Part shown: piece by piece, positions 1-8,800 of the stretch
Position numbering within the stretch: the stretch's first letter is position 1
Layout: the number at the start of each line of letters is the position of its first letter
Assembly: GCA_963422735.1 (NCBI GenBank)
Contig: OY730476.1
Coordinates: 1,504,001 to 1,568,000 of the forward strand
Origin: Candidatus Latescibacterota bacterium
GTDB lineage: Bacteria > Latescibacterota > UBA2968 > UBA8231
Direction of reading: 5' to 3'
Length of the DNA stretch: 64,000 bases
Translations under genes and position numbers: made by a program
The notes under the pieces: generated by a model
Told to the model about the DNA's origin: nothing
What the model saw: only the letters and a program-made list of their open reading frames with translations
Databases searched by the model: none

Positions 1-1
1 C

Positions 2-337
2 GAGCTAGTCCCCGACCACGCATCGGACCCGGGCAAGGCCCTTGCCGCGAGCGACGGGGCCGATGTGCGCATCCTGCTCGCGCACCAGCCCCGCAGCATA
101 GAGGCCGCCAGCCAAGCCAATTGCCACCTGCAACTGTCGGGCCACACGCACGGCGGCCAATTTGTGCCGTGGAAGTACGCAATTCCCCTGCAACAGCCCT
201 ACGTCGCGGGTCTGCACAAATTTCGCGACACTTGGATCTACATCCACCGAGGCACTGGCTACTGGGGTCCGCCGCTGCGGCTCGGGGCCCCTTCCGAAAT
301 CGCGCTACTCACCCTGAGCCGAGCTGGGTCCGCATGA
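2..337 (+). CDS. Metallophosphoesterase (YkuE-like), C-terminal part; 5' end lies outside the window
   Basis: Motifs LLAHQP, LQLSGHTHGGQ, RGTGYWGPPLRLGAPSEI; frame is open from the window edge. Confidence 0.9.
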   Translation, partial: ELVPDHASDPGKALAASDGADVRILLAHQPRSIEAASQANCHLQLSGHTHGGQFVPWKYAIPLQQPYVAGLHKFRDTWIYIHRGTGYWGPPLRLGAPSEIALLTLSRAGSA

Positions 338-422
338 AACCGCTTGGCGAAGTTCGTTGATCATAGAGCACTGAGTGGGCGTTGATACCGTTTTGCTAAT
401 GGTCTGTCCTAAGGTCGTCTCA

Positions 423-567
423 GAAGCTGTCTTAAAATTCCGGGTTTGGTTTCTCAAGTGGCTCAGAACATCTGGGAACAAGGGCGTCTCGCCCTCGAAA
501 ATCGCTTGCCGTCAAGAAAACGCGATAGCCCTACAGAGCGGCCCGATGGGGATTTTAAGACAGCTTC
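423..567. mobile_element. MITE (non-autonomous, IS5/IS1182-like ends), 145 bp
   Basis: Perfect 16-bp terminal inverted repeats GAAGCTGTCTTAAAAT (423-438) and ATTTTAAGACAGCTTC (552-567); TCA on both sides (420-422, 568-570); no transposase. Confidence 0.8.
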
Positions 568-647
568 TCAAAGGCGAGACTATCTCCCTTTCTCACGTGT
601 TCGTGGATCTCGTTTAGCATCAGCTTCGCAGCCTGTATCGCAACTAG

Positions 648-767
648 TTATGGTCTAAAGCGATGATATCCGCGTTTATAAAGGTGGGGCAATAATTCGG
701 TAGCAAACGTCGTCTTGCCTGCACCGTTTGGTCCGGCAATGATCAGTATCCTTTTGCAGGCTGCCAT
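648..767 (-). pseudogene. Zeta-toxin-like P-loop ATPase N-terminal remnant
   Basis: MAACKRILIIAGPNGAGKTTFATELLP, with the expected FINADIIA motif out of frame, then a stop. Confidence 0.7.
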
Positions 768-771
768 CCGC

Positions 772-2376
772 TCACATCCCCCACACCGAGACCGGTGTAC
801 CACCTGCGGTTTCCTCACGGCGATACACCTTGTCGTCCCACGACTTGCCCTCAGTGCGGTCGAAGAGCACGAGGTGCCCTTCCGCCGCCGCGCAGCGATC
901 CATGTAGGCGCACGTCTGCTCCAGACCTTCGCGCAGCGTCTGCTCCAAACTTCGATGCAGCACCTTGCACTCGATGACGACCTTCTGCACCCTGCCGGGA
1001 TCCCCGCCCACCGGCCACACCAGTAGCAGATCCGTGCGCCTGCGGCCCAAGCCATACTCGCGTTCAATCCGCCCGCCACTGTTGACGATGCGCTGCAAGA
1101 ACGCCTGCAACAGCAACTGTGGGCCGGCCTCCTTGTACTGGAAACGCTCTACCCAGTGCTCGGAATGCTCGCGGAAGAACTCCTGAAACGCGGCCAATAG
1201 CTTGCCCACCTGTAAGGTGCCGTCAGCATCGACGTACCAAGCCGGGTCGTGGTGGATCGACATCTCCTGCGTGGTATAGGTGAGGTCGCGCGGGATCACC
1301 TCGCGGTAGATGGGGTTGGCGATGGCAACGGGACCGTCTCGCGCCACCAAGCCCAAGTCGCGTGCGTACTGCAGATCGTCGGCGGGAATTGAGTCGGCGG
1401 CAGCGGTGCCGCTCAGCAGCGGTTCGACGACTCGGCGCACCCGTTCCTCTTGGAGTTTGTCGGTGAGCTGGTCCAAGTGGGTCTCGCGGCGCAGGATCAA
1501 CTGCTCGCGGGCGTCTTGGATGTCGGCGGCGGTGATCGACCGGCTGCGGTCGCGTCCGGCCTTACTCTTGAAGCAGGCTTCGTAGGCGAGAGCGTTGACC
1601 AGCCACGGTTGGCCCTGGGTCAGTTCCCAGACGTCGCTTCGCGCCTTCTCAGTGGACGCTTGGCCGGTCTCCTCGGTGTGCTGTGCCAGCAGCGATTCGA
1701 CCTCGTCGCGCGAGAAGTCCCCCAGGCGCAGGGATTCGGAGCGGATGTTGAAGGCACTGCCCCCAGCGATGATGGCGTTTTCAGCGGACGACCGGATGCG
1801 GTAATCGCGCACGTCGCGCACGCCGCACAGGATCACGCTCTGCGGAAAGCGGCGCGGGCGCTCCGGGTAGCCAGCGCGTAGTTGCCGCAGCACAGCCAGC
1901 AGGGTGTCGCCGATCAGCGCGTCAATCTCGTCGAGCATGAGCACCAGCGGCTTGGCGTCCGACTCAGCCCAGCGGGCAAGGGTCTCCCCAAGCGCGTCGT
2001 TGGGGCCAGCGTCGTCGAGGATGCTGGGCCAGATGCCAGCGACAAACAAGTCATCGAGCGCGTGGCGCGCCGCACGAGCCAATGCGCTGAGCATCGCCCG
2101 CATGGCCGCGGCCACATCCTCCCGCGCCGACTGGCCGATCTCGACGTTGACGTACGCGCAGCGGAACTCGCCGCTGGCGTTTAGTTCGTCCCTCAGCGCT
2201 AGGAGGGTGGAGGTCTTGCCCGTCTGGCGAGGCGCATGCAGGACAAAGTACTTCCGCTGCCGGATGAGCAGCAGCATATCTTCGACAGCGAGCCGTGCCA
2301 AGGGCGAGATGTGGTAGTGTATCTCCGCATCAATGGGACCGGCGGTGTTGAAGAAACGCATGGTTGTTGTCGTCAT
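772..2376 (-). CDS. AAA-like ATPase with C-terminal PD-(D/E)XK-like nuclease domain
   Basis: MRFFNTAGP start motif, Walker A APRQTGKTS, Walker B LMLDEID, C-terminal REYGLGRRRTDLL...VIECK. Confidence 0.85.
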   Translation of the reverse strand: MTTTTMRFFNTAGPIDAEIHYHISPLARLAVEDMLLLIRQRKYFVLHAPRQTGKTSTLLALRDELNASGEFRCAYVNVEIGQSAREDVAAAMRAMLSALARAARHALDDLFVAGIWPSILDDAGPNDALGETLARWAESDAKPLVLMLDEIDALIGDTLLAVLRQLRAGYPERPRRFPQSVILCGVRDVRDYRIRSSAENAIIAGGSAFNIRSESLRLGDFSRDEVESLLAQHTEETGQASTEKARSDVWELTQGQPWLVNALAYEACFKSKAGRDRSRSITAADIQDAREQLILRRETHLDQLTDKLQEERVRRVVEPLLSGTAAADSIPADDLQYARDLGLVARDGPVAIANPIYREVIPRDLTYTTQEMSIHHDPAWYVDADGTLQVGKLLAAFQEFFREHSEHWVERFQYKEAGPQLLLQAFLQRIVNSGGRIEREYGLGRRRTDLLLVWPVGGDPGRVQKVVIECKVLHRSLEQTLREGLEQTCAYMDRCAAAEGHLVLFDRTEGKSWDDKVYRREETAGGTPVSVWGM

Positions 2377-2469
2377 TTGTTGCGATCCCTTACTGGCGGG
2401 TGGTCTTAGGACTGTCGATCAACCTGCGCCTCCAAGACCGCCACTTCAAAATTTCCCTATGAGTTTGAT

Positions 2470-2851
2470 TCATGCAATCGCGGCTGCCTCACTCGGCTGC
2501 CCTATAACAGCCCCCGGGGTGATCGCGTAGGCGAGAGATTCGCGGCTCCTGACGAGCAGCTTGGCAAACCCCCGCCAAACGCGGGTGAGGCGTGGCGCAG
2601 TCGAAGACGACGTAGAGCCAGTCTTCGTCGCGGAGATTGCAAGCCTTGGCCCATTCATTTTCACTCAGTTCAATGCCCCCGGTACCAGCCCGTCCCTTGA
2701 CTTCTATGGCGCGTCGTTCCGCTGCGGCGCGGCGGGAGAGCAGATCGAAGCCAGGTCAATCGGTTAGCCCGACGCGACGCGCTAGTTCGGGCCGCGAAAT
2801 ATCCTGCACCTCGGCCCCGAAACGCTCCTCATAAGCGGTAGCGACCTCCAT
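2470..2851 (-). pseudogene. DUF3883 domain remnant (helicase C-terminal type)
   Basis: Manual translation MEVATAYEERFGAEVQDISRPELARRVGLTD*PGFDLLS...IEVKGRAGTGGIELSENEWAKACNLRDEDWLYVVFDC; internal TGA and a later frameshift. Confidence 0.75.
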
Positions 2852-2865
2852 TTTATAATCGCGTT

Positions 2866-3016
2866 ACGGAATTTCCTAGTGTACGGTTGGGGATTCCGGT
2901 TTCATGTAGGCGGTATCACTCGGCTGGCCCGTAGCCCTCGTCCGGGCCAGCGCGGCTCCCCGCGTCAATGTTCCGAGGCCCGTCGCCGGGTACCCGTCGC
3001 CACTAACCACTAACCA
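2866..3016 (-). repeat. Dispersed structured repeat, copy 1
   Basis: Near-identical to 32314-32497 and to the reverse complement of 20736-20892; ends in ACTAACC heptamers. Confidence 0.9.
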
Positions 3017-3055
3017 AGCCGTTACTCCGGCCAGCAGCAGACTTCAACGGCGCGG

Positions 3056-3871
3056 CTATTCCTTCACGGCACCTGCCGTCAGCCCCTGCGTGAAAAATCG
3101 CTGGGTAAAAAGAAAAAAGAGTACCGTCGGCACCAAGGCGATGATCGAGGCCGCCGAGATGTAGCGCCAGTTGACCCCGAAGACGCCTTGGAGACTGGCC
3201 AGCCCCAATTGGAGGGTGTACAGCTCGCGGCTTTTGAGCACCACGAGCGGCCACAGAAAGTCGTTCCACTGGGCCACAAACGTAAACGCCGCCTGCACGG
3301 CGAGGGCCGGTTTGACTAGGGGCATCATAATGCGCGCATAGATGGTCCATGAACCGCAGCCGTCGATGCGAGCGGCGTCCTCTAAGTCGGTGGGAATGGT
3401 GGTGAAGGCTTGGCGCAGGAGAAAGATGCCAAAAGCGTTGACCGCTACCGGCAGGATGACGCCGGCGTACGAATCCACGAGGCCAAGCTTCAAAGTGACG
3501 ATAAAGAGCGGGATTAAGAGGACTTGGAACGGCACCATGGTCGTGGCCAATATGCAGTAGAAAATGGCTTGGCGTCCGCGAAAGTGCATGCGGGCGAGGG
3601 CGTAGCCAGCCAGCGAGCAGCACGCCAAGTTGAGCAGGACGGTGGCGATGGCAATGTAGAAGGTATTGAAGAGATAGCGCACGAACGGGAGGATGTTCCA
3701 AGCCTTGACGAAGTTACTCCAGACGATGGGGTCGGGAATCCACTGCGGAGGATGGGCGAACAGATCGGCCGACTCGGCCTTGAGCGCGGTGGATAGCAGC
3801 CAAGCGAAAGGGGCCAGCAAAATCGCGCCGACCGCGAACAGGACCGCGTAGAGCAGAATGCGCGTGGCCAT
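3056..3871 (-). CDS. Carbohydrate ABC transporter permease (MalG-like)
   Basis: EAA loop DLEDAARIDGC, WNDFLWPL motif, hydrophobic segments. Confidence 0.92.
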   Translation of the reverse strand: MATRILLYAVLFAVGAILLAPFAWLLSTALKAESADLFAHPPQWIPDPIVWSNFVKAWNILPFVRYLFNTFYIAIATVLLNLACCSLAGYALARMHFRGRQAIFYCILATTMVPFQVLLIPLFIVTLKLGLVDSYAGVILPVAVNAFGIFLLRQAFTTIPTDLEDAARIDGCGSWTIYARIMMPLVKPALAVQAAFTFVAQWNDFLWPLVVLKSRELYTLQLGLASLQGVFGVNWRYISAASIIALVPTVLFFLFTQRFFTQGLTAGAVKE

Positions 3872-3872
3872 C

Positions 3873-4793
3873 TCAATATCCTCGGCCAGCGAGGCGAAAA
3901 TTGAGCAGAGCAAAGATCAATATGACGACCAGCAAGCAGAGCGAGACAGCCGCTGCGTACCCTACTTCGAGGTATTTGAACCCGAGCGTATAGATGTAAT
4001 AGGCCAACAGGTTCGTGCGATGGAAGGGGCCGCCGCCGGTCATCACGTACACTTCGCCGAAGGTGCGCAAGGCAGCGATGGTGGCGATGATGGAAACCAC
4101 GAGCGTATAGGGTTTGATCGTTGGAATGATGACGTGGCGCACGACCTGCCACCAACCGGCCCCATCGACGCGGGCAGCTTCTTTGAGCTGAGCCGGAATG
4201 CCCTGCAGGCCGGCTAGATAGATGATCATGTAGTACGGCGCGGCCTTCCACACGGTGACTATGGCCACCGCAAACAGGGCAATCGCTGGCTCGGTCAACC
4301 ACGCGGATTGGGTCTCCACACCCAACAGGCCCAAGAAAGCCTCGGGGACGCCGCGCACATCGGCCAGCCACGACGGGCCGCTGACACCCAGCCCCTTGAG
4401 GAAGGCATTGAGCAGGCCATCGGCATTGTAGAGCCACTTCCAGACGATGCCGGCGACGACTATGGAGGTGACAACCGGAATGTAGTACAGGGTGCGAAAG
4501 ACCTTGATCAGCCGCAGCGAGTTGTCGAGCAGGAGCGCCATAAAAAACGAGAGCACCACGAGCGCGGGCACGACGATGATCGCGTAGAGCAGGGTATTGG
4601 CCAAGACCCGCCAAAACAGCTCGTCGCCCCAAGCGCGGCGAAAGTTGTCGAGGCCGACAAAGGTTGGCGGCGAGAAGATGTTGTAGCGATGCAGGCTGAG
4701 ATAGAGCGTGTCGAGCAAGGGATAGGCGAAGAATACGACTAGGAACAACAGCCCGGGGGCGACAAAGTAATAAGGTGTGTAGCGTCCGTACAT
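3873..4793 (-). CDS. Carbohydrate ABC transporter permease (MalF/UgpA-like)
   Basis: FVGLDNF, YLAGLQGIP, EAARVDGA, VYVMTGGGP; likely ATG at 4793. Confidence 0.92.
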   Translation of the reverse strand: MYGRYTPYYFVAPGLLFLVVFFAYPLLDTLYLSLHRYNIFSPPTFVGLDNFRRAWGDELFWRVLANTLLYAIIVVPALVVLSFFMALLLDNSLRLIKVFRTLYYIPVVTSIVVAGIVWKWLYNADGLLNAFLKGLGVSGPSWLADVRGVPEAFLGLLGVETQSAWLTEPAIALFAVAIVTVWKAAPYYMIIYLAGLQGIPAQLKEAARVDGAGWWQVVRHVIIPTIKPYTLVVSIIATIAALRTFGEVYVMTGGGPFHRTNLLAYYIYTLGFKYLEVGYAAAVSLCLLVVILIFALLNFRLAGRGY

Positions 4794-4803
4794 GGATTTA
4801 GTC

Positions 4804-6057
4804 TCAATGGAAGCGCGACAGGTGGTTCCATTTGGATTCGATGCGGCTGAGGGCGGCGTCCGCACTCTGCTGGCCGGCCAATGCCTTGGCGAATTCTTCG
4901 TGGAGAATGTCCTCCATCCGACTCCAGCCCTCGACGTCGGGCGGGGCCATGACAAAGGAGTGGGCGATGTCGGCCGCGGAAAGCTGGTTGGCGGCGTCGG
5001 CCAGCGTGGTGGGCCGGCGGCGGAAATAGGGGTCGGCGGCCGCGTCCACGGTCGAGGGCAAAATGGCGACTCGGCGGCAAAATTCGAGCTGGTTTGCGTC
5101 GTTGGTGACAAACAGCCCGAAGTCAACGGCTTGCTCTACGTGGGGCGAGGCTTTGGGCACGACGAGCACTTGGCTGGTGGCCGGCACTTGGCCGAGGCGG
5201 CCCCGAGGCATGGGTGCTGGTGCCGCCTTTTTGGCAAAGGAGTCGTCGAAGTAGCGGGTGATCCACCCGCCGGAGAAGGGCAGCATGGCCGCACGGCCCT
5301 CGATGAACCAATTGACCTCGTCGCGGTGGGAGGCGGCGAGGGCCTCGGGCGGAACGATTTCTTGCTGATAGGCATCGATCCACTTCTGCAAGATAGCTTG
5401 GGCCTCGGGGTGGTTGATGCGGGCGCGGCGGGCGTTGGGAGTAAAGAGCGGCCAGAAGCCGTCTAGACGCAACAGGGCCCAAGGCGGGGCTACGAGCGAG
5501 GGATGCAGCCGCCAAGAGATGCCGTATTTGCCGGTGCGCTCGCGGATTTGGCGGCCCATGGCGAGCATCTCGTCGATGGTGGCCGGCGGGCGCTCGGGGT
5601 CGAGCCCGGCTTGGGCAAAGAGGTCCTTGTTGTACCAGAGCATGGTGACGCCGACGTACCAAGGGATGGCGTAGTTGCTGCCTTGGAAGTAGCCGACGCC
5701 GCGCCAGAAATTTGCGAGCCGTTTGGCCTTTTCGGCTGGCGCGACCGCTTCGTCCATGTTGACGAGGATGTCGTATTGCAAAAAGCGAGGCAGGTCGTAG
5801 ATATTGGCCAAGTCTGGGGGCGCGTCTCCTACCAAGGCGGCGAGGAACTTCTCGGCCACTTCGCCGCCGCTGACATCGACCCACTTGACTTTTACGCCGG
5901 GATGCGCCTGCTCGTACTCAGCGATCATGCCCAAGATGTAGTCGGCGAATGCATCGCCAAGGGCAATGGTCCAGAACTCGAGGGTGACGGTGGCATCTTG
6001 GCGCGGCTCAGAGCCGCAGGATGAAAGGACGAGGAGGAGAGAAAGGGCTAATGGCAT
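4804..6057 (-). CDS. Sugar ABC transporter substrate-binding lipoprotein
   Basis: Lipobox LSSC, YAIPWY...LWYNKDLFAQAGLDPERPP motif; adjacent to two permeases. Confidence 0.9.
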   Translation of the reverse strand: MPLALSLLLVLSSCGSEPRQDATVTLEFWTIALGDAFADYILGMIAEYEQAHPGVKVKWVDVSGGEVAEKFLAALVGDAPPDLANIYDLPRFLQYDILVNMDEAVAPAEKAKRLANFWRGVGYFQGSNYAIPWYVGVTMLWYNKDLFAQAGLDPERPPATIDEMLAMGRQIRERTGKYGISWRLHPSLVAPPWALLRLDGFWPLFTPNARRARINHPEAQAILQKWIDAYQQEIVPPEALAASHRDEVNWFIEGRAAMLPFSGGWITRYFDDSFAKKAAPAPMPRGRLGQVPATSQVLVVPKASPHVEQAVDFGLFVTNDANQLEFCRRVAILPSTVDAAADPYFRRRPTTLADAANQLSAADIAHSFVMAPPDVEGWSRMEDILHEEFAKALAGQQSADAALSRIESKWNHLSRFH

Positions 6058-6198
6058 TGCGAATTGGGGGCGAAAGGGTGGAGTGCAGGGTCTTGTCCAT
6101 ATAAATAGGATTTGGCATCGTCACACGGCTCGTTGTGTTGACAAACTACGTTTGAGCGCATCTGCAAGCAATGCGCCAGCCCCGAAAAGGAGCTTTTC

Positions 6199-6650
6199 AT
6201 GCGTCTGTTTTTCTCTACCCTGATAGGCGTAGTCTTTTTCGCCTGCGCGGATAACGAGTGGATGAATTAGAGCAGCGTCTCGACGAAGTGGAAGCCGCGC
6301 AAGAGGAGGACTTGGCGCGACTCGAAGCCCTCGCGGTGACGGCAGACAATGCCGAGGAGATCGGCCAAGTGCGCGCCAAGCTGACGCAGACGAGTATTTC
6401 GCGGTCGGAATTTACGGCCCTGAGAAATCGCGTGACAGCGCTTGAACGCCAGATTGGGGATTGGAGCGGGATTGTCAGTTCTATTCAGCACTCCATCTAT
6501 GCTGTGCTTCACTGGGCCTACGATGACGAAGATAGTTTTATAACATTTGTCGGCACGGCCTTTGCCGTAGAAGGCAAAACGCTTGGGACATTGATTACTA
6601 TCGGCTACACTCGGAATATGACCCCGACAATCAAAGTTCGCCTGACGTAG
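6199..6650 (+). pseudogene. Frameshifted and truncated lipoprotein (coiled coil, then possible trypsin-like N-terminus)
   Basis: RBS AAGGAG; MRLFFSTLIGVVFFAC signal is out of frame with the downstream VDELEQRL... ORF; GTAFAV motif near the end. Confidence 0.55.
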
Positions 6651-6848
6651 GTACGCTGCATATTAGCTATGAAGGCTCTTTTCCGCAGCGTATCACCTTG
6701 GCGTCAAGCAGCGGGGCTCGCCGATTGAAAATAGGTGCTCCAATAGCGACTTTGGGATTCCCCGGCGAGCTTCAAAGCAGTGAAACAGAACACATTTCTC
6801 CGATCGCCACTTTTAAGGATGGCACTATTAGTGCCTTGCGCCCTCCCT

Positions 6849-7028
6849 AGCTTAGAGCAGACTATCCTCGCAGGTCTCGACCAGACCCGCGCCTACATGA
6901 ATCGCTGCACCCCAAGCGAAGGGCATCTCGTGATCTTTGACCGCACAGCCGGGATGTCGTGGGACGACAAGATCTTCCGCCGCGAGGAGGGCATGGGCGC
7001 GACAAAAGTCACCGTGTGGGGCATGTAA
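6849..7028 (+). pseudogene. C-terminal remnant of a paralog of the AAA-like ATPase at 772-2376
   Basis: SLEQTILAGLDQTRAYMNRC...EGHLVIFDRT...WDDKIFRREE...VWGM aligns by eye with SLEQTLREGLEQTCAYMDRC...VWGM. Confidence 0.85.
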
Positions 7029-7096
7029 AGGTTCGGCAAATAGGTGTGAAAAATCCCGAAAAATCGGCGCGTTTGCAGAATATCTCTGAAGCCAGA

Positions 7097-7960
7097 TCAA
7101 TCGGTCTGGATCTTGAACGATTGTGTAGCGATATGCTCGTGATCCGATGTCCGTGCCTGCTTTGCGGCGTACTCGGTCAGCGGCAGATAGTAATGGGTCT
7201 CGGCGTTGGCTTTGATAAAGCCCTCGGCATAAGCGCACCCGGCGGCTGTGCCAAAGGCCCCGTCGCTAGTCTCGATCCGCTTGCGTGCATACGCCCCACC
7301 GTAGCCTTGGCTTTCTAGGCAATCCAGCGCCGCCAGCTTCTTGGCGACCACATCGGTAATATCGATAAAGACATCGTTGTAGTAGCCGCCCTCCGAATCC
7401 CAGACACTGCGCGGGATCGCCGCAGCCCCGGTGCCAAAATAGAAAATTTGGGCGACCCGATGCGGTGGACGGCTATCGCCGGGATCCACCCCATTGGCCA
7501 GCGCGAGCGCGTGGAGGACGATTTGTCCGCAGATGGCATGGGCGTTGGTCAGCCCGTCGCCTTCCTTGGGAAAGTGCGTCAGCACCACATCCGGCCGCAG
7601 TTGGCGCACCAGCCGCGCCAAGCGGCGCACGGCCTCTTCGGTAACTTGCAACACCGCGTCGTCGGCTCCAAAAAAGTGAATTTCCTCGACTCCGAGCAGG
7701 GCACAGGCTCGCCGCACCTCGTCGGCCTTAACGGCGGCGCGCTCGGCCATCAGCGCCGTTAGTTGATCGGCTTGCGGGACTTCTGCCCGGTGGAACATCT
7801 CGTCGCTGATCACCTTGTCGTGGACCCTCGCTCCGTGCGTCAGTACCACGCAGCCGACCCAGTCGCCACGGGCGATGTGGTGAGCCATCGTGCCGCCCGA
7901 CTGGTCGAAGATGTCGGCTGGATGCGCCCCGATGGATAACAACCGCAGAGTATCGTTCAT
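7097..7960 (-). CDS. PIG-L/LmbE family deacetylase-like protein
   Basis: IGAHPAD, VVLTHG, RQLRPDVVLTH, FIDITDVVAKKLAAL, YAEGF; likely ATG at 7960. Confidence 0.85.
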   Translation of the reverse strand: MNDTLRLLSIGAHPADIFDQSGGTMAHHIARGDWVGCVVLTHGARVHDKVISDEMFHRAEVPQADQLTALMAERAAVKADEVRRACALLGVEEIHFFGADDAVLQVTEEAVRRLARLVRQLRPDVVLTHFPKEGDGLTNAHAICGQIVLHALALANGVDPGDSRPPHRVAQIFYFGTGAAAIPRSVWDSEGGYYNDVFIDITDVVAKKLAALDCLESQGYGGAYARKRIETSDGAFGTAAGCAYAEGFIKANAETHYYLPLTEYAAKQARTSDHEHIATQSFKIQTD

Positions 7961-8073
7961 GTTCGGTTCCTTTCGAGTTTTGTCCCCACTCACGCCGAGA
8001 CCACGACCGGCACTCGATGAACGTTCCAAGGCTGACGGGCCCAGATTTCCGCAGTACCCCTTGTTGGCAAACT

Positions 8074-8715
8074 TCACTTGAACAGGCTCTTGCGGCCTAT
8101 CCTGCTGCACAAAGGACACTCGGCTGGCTGATGCCCGCGCGCTGGGCAATGCTCGCGGCCAAAGTAGATGATTTGCAGGTGCAGGTCGTTCCAGCGCACC
8201 TCGGGGAAGAGGCGCTTGCAGTCCCGTTCCGTCTGCTCGACGCTCTTGCCGCTGGACAGGCCCCAACGGTAGATCAGCCGATGGATATGGGTGTCCACGG
8301 GAAAGGTCGGTACGCCGAAGTTCTGCGCGAGCACGACTTGCGCGGTCTTGTGCCCCACCCCAGGCAGGCGTTCGAGTGCGGCCAGATCGGACGGAACTTG
8401 GCCCCCGTGTTCGGCGAGCAGGATTTGCGACAGCGCCCAGATGGCCTTGGACTTGCGCGGGGCCAGTCCGCAAGGGCGAATGATCTGCTCGATCTCTTCC
8501 ACCGCCAACTCGACCATGCGTTCGGGCCGGTCGGCGCGTGCAAAGAGCGCGGGCGTTACTTGGTTGACGCGCACATCCGTGCATTGCGCAGAAAGCAACA
8601 CGGCAATGAGATGCGTGTAGGGGTCTCGACGTTTGAGCGGGACTGCGGGATTGGGATAGAGCCGCTGGAGTGCGTCGAGGACGATCTGAACTTTGGTGGT
8701 AGGTGTTAGCAGCAC
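8074..8715 (-). CDS. nth: Endonuclease III
   Basis: LLSAQCTD, HhH LPGVGHKTA, FPVDTHIHR. Confidence 0.93.
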   Translation of the reverse strand: MLLTPTTKVQIVLDALQRLYPNPAVPLKRRDPYTHLIAVLLSAQCTDVRVNQVTPALFARADRPERMVELAVEEIEQIIRPCGLAPRKSKAIWALSQILLAEHGGQVPSDLAALERLPGVGHKTAQVVLAQNFGVPTFPVDTHIHRLIYRWGLSSGKSVEQTERDCKRLFPEVRWNDLHLQIIYFGREHCPARGHQPAECPLCSRIGRKSLFK

Positions 8716-8760
8716 CCTACTTCCTCCTGTGCGGGTGTTGTGGGAGCGTTCCTTTGCGCT

Positions 8761-8781
8761 AGGGCAACCGGTTGCCCCTAC
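8761..8781 (-). repeat. GTAG-type REP-like palindrome
   Basis: Minus strand reads GTAGGGGCAACCGGTTGCCCT, containing the perfect palindrome GGGCAACCGGTTGCCC; lies between genes. Confidence 0.5.
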
Positions 8782-8800
8782 AGTAGAAACCCCGCGTCTG

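Noticed and set aside
2753-2760. In-frame TGA in the DUF3883 remnant (and at 53492) as recoding or an alternative genetic code
   Set aside because: TGA is used as a normal stop by many intact genes here, and both loci have other lesions.
8074-8160. Nth C-terminus with only three Cys in non-canonical spacing
   Set aside because: Such variants of the Fe-S motif occur among Nth homologs; not clearly novel.
7961-8584. N-terminal extension of the PIG-L ORF overlapping nth
   Set aside because: Alternate-frame read-through; the family motif begins at ATG 7960, which has an RBS.
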